Origin: Eledone cirrhosa
Taxonomy: Eukaryota
Assembly: GCA_964016885.1 (NCBI GenBank)
Contig: OZ024741.1
Coordinates: 334,924,001-334,988,000, forward strand
Direction: 5' to 3'
Length of the DNA: 64,000 nucleotides
Under the pieces are notes generated by a model. That model searched no databases and was not told the origin of the DNA. It saw only the letters and a list, made by a program, of their open reading frames with translations. How positions within the stretch are numbered: position 1 is the first letter of the stretch; each line of letters opens with the position of its first letter. Position numbers and translations under genes: made by a program. Shown here in pieces: positions 57,720 through 64,000 of this stretch.

Positions 57720-58314
57720 AAGATTAACAAGAATTTTAAATTAAAGCATTTAATTGATTTATGACTCCTCAGAATCGATTAAATACAAATAATATATACC
57801 TTACATGTAACAGATCTCCAGTGAAAGAGTAAAAAAACGGAGATTATAGCATCCAAATATTGTTGCAAAAACGTTAAAGTTTATGGAAGCCTAAAGACGT
57901 AATTAAAATTTATCAGTGATAAAAACTAGAATATCAATGTTCAATAATTATAGATATTTTACGAACTACAATATATTGATATGCATATATTATTCCCTAA
58001 AATGGAGTTAGAGGTATACAAGAAAAGCATATAAGTTCACTACACTTATTTATTAATGTTATAACATCAATATTAATAGAATATACTAAGAAAAACAGTA
58101 AAGATTTAGGGAAGCATATAACAATAATAAATATATCTATAATACAGTGAAGGGTTAATGACTTGAAACATATGAAAACTTAAGATATAGTAATATAGGA
58201 AATAGTGATTATAAATTTAAAGGAAATCAGACACATTCATACATATACACACATAAATATGATATAAAATAATATATATATATGTGTGGTGTGTATACAT
58301 ATATATATAAATAC

Positions 58315-58345
<31 letters not shown>

Positions 58346-58624
58346 CATTGCTATGTAGACATTCTACAGAGACAAGATTATAATCTCCAGGCTTTACATA
58401 TGATCATTTATATTTTTATATTTATGATTATATACATACATATCTATATATATGGGTGTGAATAATTGATGTGATTTTATTCAAAAATAAGAGTATGTAT
58501 ACAATCATAATAAATTTATATTAATATATGAAAATAAAATAATTTATATTCAATCTTAAATGTGTTCATGTGTTGTTTTTTAAGCTTCACATCTGCTTTT
58601 GTACATCATTTTTTATCATATAAG

Positions 58625-58930
58625 ACATGTAGTATTCAACAATGTAAACTTGCTACTCAGAATTAGATTTAGCATTACCCAAGGAAGGGTCAACTGCATG
58701 TACAAAAATCACTGGCTAACGGAACTCAAGTGCCAGGTGGTATTGTTAAAGTAATCCATGTTGAGGGTTTGAACAAATAACAAAAAAGCTGGAACAAATA
58801 CCACAAGGCATTTCATCTGACACTGTAACAATTCCACAGATTTCCTGCCCTGGACTGCTGTTTCATTTAGTGATCCTGAAATGATTCTGAGGAAGGAGCC
58901 CAGTGGGGTGGGGTGGGTGTTGCTGATCAT
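58625..58930 (-). mobile_element. Old dispersed SINE-like repeat homologous to 16140-16435
   Basis: GTGTCAGATGAAATG..TTGTGGTATTTGTTCCAG...TACATGCAGTTGACCCTT shared in inverted orientation. Confidence 0.75.
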
Positions 58931-59617
58931 TATCTGCAGAATTGCCTTTGCAACTTTGCCTGTGGGGTGAAGCCAACACACTGCTCTGACCTAGTTGTAA
59001 AATATGTCATCCTCTCCTTTTCCCTCTTTCATTTGTTGCCTAATAGTTCTTGCTCTTCCCCTCCTTTTACTCTCATTTATGGCATTTATAGTCCTTTCCA
59101 ATAATGTTTTCTTTTTCTGTACATTTTATTGAACAACAGTCCAAATCTATCAAATAAATTCTTGAGTTGATCTGATGCTATATGTGCAGACATATGCTCA
59201 AGATGTCATACAATGGCAGTGAACCTAAAACTTTAAGGTGGCATCTAATTGAATTATTTTCAATGAAAGCAAAGTGGATCTGAGAGGTGAACACAAAAGA
59301 GACATAACAAAACATCTTGTCAAATGTTCTATCAATTTAACTGTACCACTGCCATCAACTGGTACTTTATTTTATTGACCCTGAAAGGATAAAATGCAAG
59401 TTGACCTTGGCATGATTTGAACTCGGACCATCCTGAACTGGAACAATAACCACGTCATTTAATCTGATGCTCTCACAATCCCACCAATCCAAAACTTTAG
59501 ACTGCTACAGTTTTTTCCAGATATAAAAGAAAGTATTTGTTTCAGCTCTCTACAATCTAAATTCAAAATTCTGCCACGGTCAACTTGGCCTGTCCTCCTT
59601 CTGGAGTTTACCAAAAT

Positions 59618-59818
59618 AATGATAATAATAATTGTTTCTACTTTTGACACAACGCCAGCAATTATCCCAGGGTATTACTGGTACTTTATTTTATCGACCC
59701 CATAAGGATGAAAGGCAAAGTTAACCTCGGCGGGATTTAAACTCAGATCATAAAGGGCCGTAACTCTTTGCTGCAAAGCATGGCGCCCGACTCTCTACTG
59801 ATACTGCCAATCCACCGC
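59618..59818 (-). mobile_element. Full-length SINE; older fragments adjacent at ~59355-59490 (-) and ~59500-59610 (+)
   Basis: Homology to 8031-8224. Confidence 0.85.
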
Positions 59819-59829
59819 AATAATAATGA

Positions 59830-60063
59830 CTGTGTAAATAGAATCAGAATTGATGCAAGGTTGCAGGTCATGCAAAAGACAGTACTTCTTGGTACAGCAA
59901 GGATTTTAAGGAACATCTTGTCTATGTAAGACACAGGAGAGGATGCAGTGGGGAACCTTTTTTTACTTGCTGTTGACTGTTTTCTAACTGAAATCATTTA
60001 AAATCTAAGTGTCTGAGATTTACAAAAATGAACCATAATAATAACAATAATAATAACAATAAT
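59830..60063 (+). mobile_element. 3' end of an R4/Dong-like (RLE) non-LTR retrotransposon with a (TAA)n-like tail
   Basis: LQVMQKTVLLGTARILRNILSM* matches the QKxxLLGTARILR C-terminal motif; TAA repeats on both sides. Confidence 0.7.
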
Positions 60064-60556
60064 ACTCTTTTATATTTCTTTTTATTCCCTCTTACCTTTC
60101 TATATTTATTTATTTTTTGTTTTACCTATCAACTTTTGTGGAACTGAAACTAATGTATTTCTAAACAATCCTAAATATATACATCATCATTCTCATTATT
60201 TAAGGTTCATTTTCCTTGCTAGGGTTGTATGGGTTGTGATAAACTGTACTCAAGTGAAGATGTTGACTTCTCAGATGCGTTGGAGTCCTGTATCTTGCTT
60301 ACATACATTCCTGCAATCTACAGAGTGCTCAATTAGGCTGAGGGCCAACAACTTGCTTACATACATTTCTGTACTCTGTAGAGTGCTCTATCATGTTGAG
60401 GGCCATTAATTTTTAACGTACTGTACAGCATGAAACTTTATTAGCAAAGCATTATTGATAAATACAAAAATAGCAATATAACTGAACCACATTAATAATT
60501 AAAAGTTTGTCTCTAATACTTCCAATTTTCACAATTATCAGTTCCCTAGCTACAAA

Positions 60557-60858
60557 CAGGGCCAGTGCCAGACTATCTGGAACCCTAGGCAAGGTTAGAA
60601 TCTGCTCCCTGCCTTCCAACCACTTCCAAGGAGAATATCAATTTCAAAACGAATAAATAATAAACTTTTTAAAAAGATTTTATCAAAACTTATTTATAGC
60701 TGCATAAAATAAACGAGGATAAAAAACGACCTTTAATAAAACTGAAATTTATTTATTGATATATTTTTCAAAATTGTTATTGATTTCGAGAAATGTACCC
60801 TCTGAAATCAGCACCCTAGGTGGCTGCCTAGTTTGCCTATATGGTTCCACATGCCTTG
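60557..60858. mobile_element. hAT-type MITE with a perfect 8-bp target-site duplication GCTACAAA
   Basis: TSD at 60549-60556 and 60859-60866; ends CAGGGC...GCCTTG; subterminal CCCTAGG motifs. Confidence 0.8.
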
Positions 60859-61449
60859 GCTACAAACGTTTGCATTAACAAATGACTTTGTAGATATTCT
60901 CTGCTAAATCATTACAGAATGTTAAGAGTTAAAAGCAAGACAAAAATATATTAACATGATTTATTTTCCTGTATTTTATATTATCATCTGGCTGCTTATA
61001 ATGTATAATAAAACATGATTAATTATGGAACATTGTGAATATTTGGTTAGAATACATACACATGAAATATATATATACACACTCTATTTCTTTGTTTCAA
61101 ATAAAGACTAGCAAATATACATGCACATACACACACACACACAAACTATTTCTTAGCTTCAAGTAAAGATCAACAAGTATACAGATACACAAGTTTCATA
61201 CATATGCAGATCAATATATTTGGATACTAAAACAAATACACACGTGTGTACACCAAAACATGGACCCTCTATCCCTATATATAACATTCATTTTAACTTT
61301 TAATTATGTTTCATTTCCTCCATCTAGATGTATTAATTTTACTAAAAAATAATTTGATGTATTTGCAACTCTCTAAAATATATACATTTATCATATGTAT
61401 GTTCTTCTGGTTTTATTATATGCCTTGTAGTATATAGTTACATCTCTTT

Positions 61450-61600
61450 ACATTCTGAGTTCAAACCCTGTGGAGGTTAGCTTTGCCTTTCATCCTTATA
61501 GGATCAATAAAATAAAGCACCAGTAATACACTGGGTCGATTTAATCAACTTTCCCCTCCCAAAAATTGTTGGCCTTGTGCCTAAATCAGAAACCATTATT
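61450..61600 (+). mobile_element. Diverged SINE 3' portion
   Basis: CTGAGTTCAAACCC...GCCTTTCATCCTT...GGCCTTGTGCCTAAATCAGAAAC. Confidence 0.75.
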
Positions 61601-61846
61601 TTATTAATTTTCATTAATAGAGACAGAAAGTCTGTTTCTAACCTAAAAACAAGTCTCTTTCATTGGAATTTAGACAACATCAACTAGTGTGTTTGTGTTT
61701 ATTTGTTCAGGCAGTGCTGTTATTAAATGTGCAGATCTGTATTTTTTTAGTTATAAATGTACACGTGCATATGTTTCTGTAACTATACATTTGTATACGC
61801 AGTTTTTACATGCTGAATTTCTCAAATGTTTTACATATTTTTACAG

Positions 61847-61920
61847 TTCCATTAATGGACTGTACTTGCAGCTTCCTTGCTAACCATGCTCTTTCTAAGT
61901 CTGTGATTTGTACTGAGGCA
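61847..61920 (+). CDS. Candidate internal exon (xPLMDCTCSFLANHALSKSVICTEA)
   Basis: TTTTTACAG acceptor, GCA|GTAAGC donor, open frame ending in phase 0. Confidence 0.28.
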
Positions 61921-62120
61921 GTAAGCAACATACTCTAGAGCTTCAATTATCACAGGTACAAATCTGAAGGTATAGTCAGTGGAGCATCTGCAGATTCCGC
62001 ATTAGTTCATCTAATCTATAGCATTATATTGGCAGTTAATTCCCACTACTGTGCATGCCTCTTTTCTCTGTCCCATATCACTACGTCTGGTCTGTTATGT
62101 TTGCATTTTATTAAGGTTTT

Positions 62121-62198
<78 letters not shown>

Positions 62199-63350
62199 CT
62201 ATGTGTCTGTATGTATGTATGTACGTTTGTATCTATATATATATGTGTATGTATGTTTGAATGATTGTGTGTGTATGTATGTTTGTTTGTTTGTATGTAT
62301 ACTTGTATGTATGAATGTGTGTGTGTGCATGTATGTATGTTTGTATAAAATTTAGATATATTTTAGCCAATATTGGTCCTGCCATCATCATCATCCTAGC
62401 AGCAGCATGATGATGATCATCATCATTTGATGCCTATTTTTTTCATATGTAAATATACATACATAGATATATTCTTGTATAAATTTGATTATTTATTCAG
62501 AAATATCTCATTAACAAGCAGAAGAGTTAAACGTAATTTGCAATACAAATCTAGCTTTCATAACTAATGCAAGATAAAAATGAAGAGGATAAGTCCTAAA
62601 TGTGAGATATTCAAAGCCATGCAAATAATAATTAGATTTGATTTACCAAAATTAAGAATTAATAAAAGCATTTGATAAGAAAGACATGACAAAATGACAA
62701 AAAAATAAGAGAATATCATTTTGTCTGGTGTCTTTGTAAGAAAAATATAAACTACATATTAAATGAGTAAAGAATCATTAACCCTGCATTTCTATTGGTA
62801 TATACTTTTAAAAAGTAATATAGTTAATATGAAGCATACATACAGCTTAATATATGTTTCTTAAATAGAATGTTGTTAGAAGATTTTTTTAAATTTAAAT
62901 AGGAAACCATTAAAATGGATGGTTTTGTATTTTACACCCTAATTCAATTAATTAGTAAAGAATTTTGTTGGATTTATTAAAATTATCATTTCATTCTTAG
63001 ACAGTAACTTAATGTATGGTTCTAATATAAAATCCTGTTGGATGATATTAATTTACATAAGAACCCTTTAAAATTAGTGGTTTTCTTTTACACTCTAATT
63101 TAATTAATTAATGAAGAATATTCAGAGCTTTACTAAAATTATGAATCATTTAATTTTTAGACAGTAACTTAATGTATATTTCTCATATAAAATTATGTTG
63201 GAAGATTTTAATATAAATAGAAATCTTTTAGAATTGTTGGTTTTATCTGTTTGGTATCAAAAGGGTTTAAAATATAAAGTTAAAATTGCTAAATGTGATT
63301 GTGAAATATATATAAAACCTATTTACACTTTATATATCTTGGGCTTGTAG

Positions 63351-63467
63351 CTCATAAATTCCTCCACAGCAAAACCAAACTTCCTGAAATTTTTGAACAC
63401 TGTGAAATTCAAACAAGTCTACACCCATAAATTTACTGAAGAAATAACATGGATTCAGTTTTCTGTG
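63351..63467 (+). CDS. Candidate 117-nt internal exon (LINSSTAKPNFLKFLNTVKFKQVYTHKFTEEITWIQFSV)
   Basis: TTGTAG acceptor, GTG|GTAAGT donor, open phase 0-0, phase-compatible with 61847-61920. Confidence 0.38.
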
Positions 63468-63512
63468 GTAAGTATTGTTGTTTTATTTCTAGAAAAGTTT
63501 TTAAAAAAATGA

Positions 63513-63513
<1 letters not shown>

Positions 63514-63547
<34 letters not shown>

Positions 63548-63915
63548 TGATTTCATTTATTGGCCACAAGGGCCGACATATAGGGGACAATACAAAAGAC
63601 TGGGACAGTGGGAGTTTACATAATAAAACATGTAAACAATATAAATAACAATAACAAAATAACAAGAAAAATACAACAAGAAAAATTCCCCAATAGGGGG
63701 GATGACCACCCAGAGTTCACTCATGTACTCCACCAATCCTGAACGACCTGACACTTTGAGAGCACCCAGGAAGAGCACCCCTCTCCTCCTCAAATTCACC
63801 CACCTACAGGCGCATGATCAGAGTAGGCCCACTCACGCGAGCCATTCTTGCCACATTCACTCACCTTTCAGCAAATGTACTAGGAGGCAGCACTTCTCTC
63901 TCCACCCTCACCTTG
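63514..63915 (-). mobile_element. 3' fragment of the Tx1/L1-type LINE family in (AAT)n
   Basis: TTTATTGGCCACAAGGG, AAAATTCCCCAATAGGGGG and CAGAGTAGGCCC...CAGCACTTCTCT homologous to 23787-24140. Confidence 0.8.
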
Positions 63916-64000
63916 TGATTTAGGCACAAGGGTAGCAATTTTGTGGGGAGAGGAATATGGATTAAATCAACCTCAGTGTATTACTGGTACTATATTTTAT

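Overview
AT-rich, repeat-dominated animal genomic DNA (intronic or intergenic). The SINE and LINE families and dense (TA)n/(CA)n tracts suggest a coleoid cephalopod such as Octopus; this is inference. No intact protein-coding gene is recognisable, only a few candidate exons. The window holds decayed retrotransposons (two RTE-type LINEs with an embedded PHD-like finger, a Tx1/L1-type LINE, an R4/Dong-like 3' end, several Penelope-like GIY-YIG elements), many copies of one tRNA-type SINE, DNA-transposon derivatives (Helitron, mariner, hAT) and five minisatellite arrays, two of them 7-8 kb. The most notable signal is a set of minimal type-I hammerhead ribozyme motifs in Penelope-like termini, several with the compensatory U3-A8 core. 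There is also a family of short hairpin-plus-tail elements in (TA)n tracts whose fold-back apex falls in a hammerhead stem II or stem III loop. Most ORF-track entries are translations of microsatellites.
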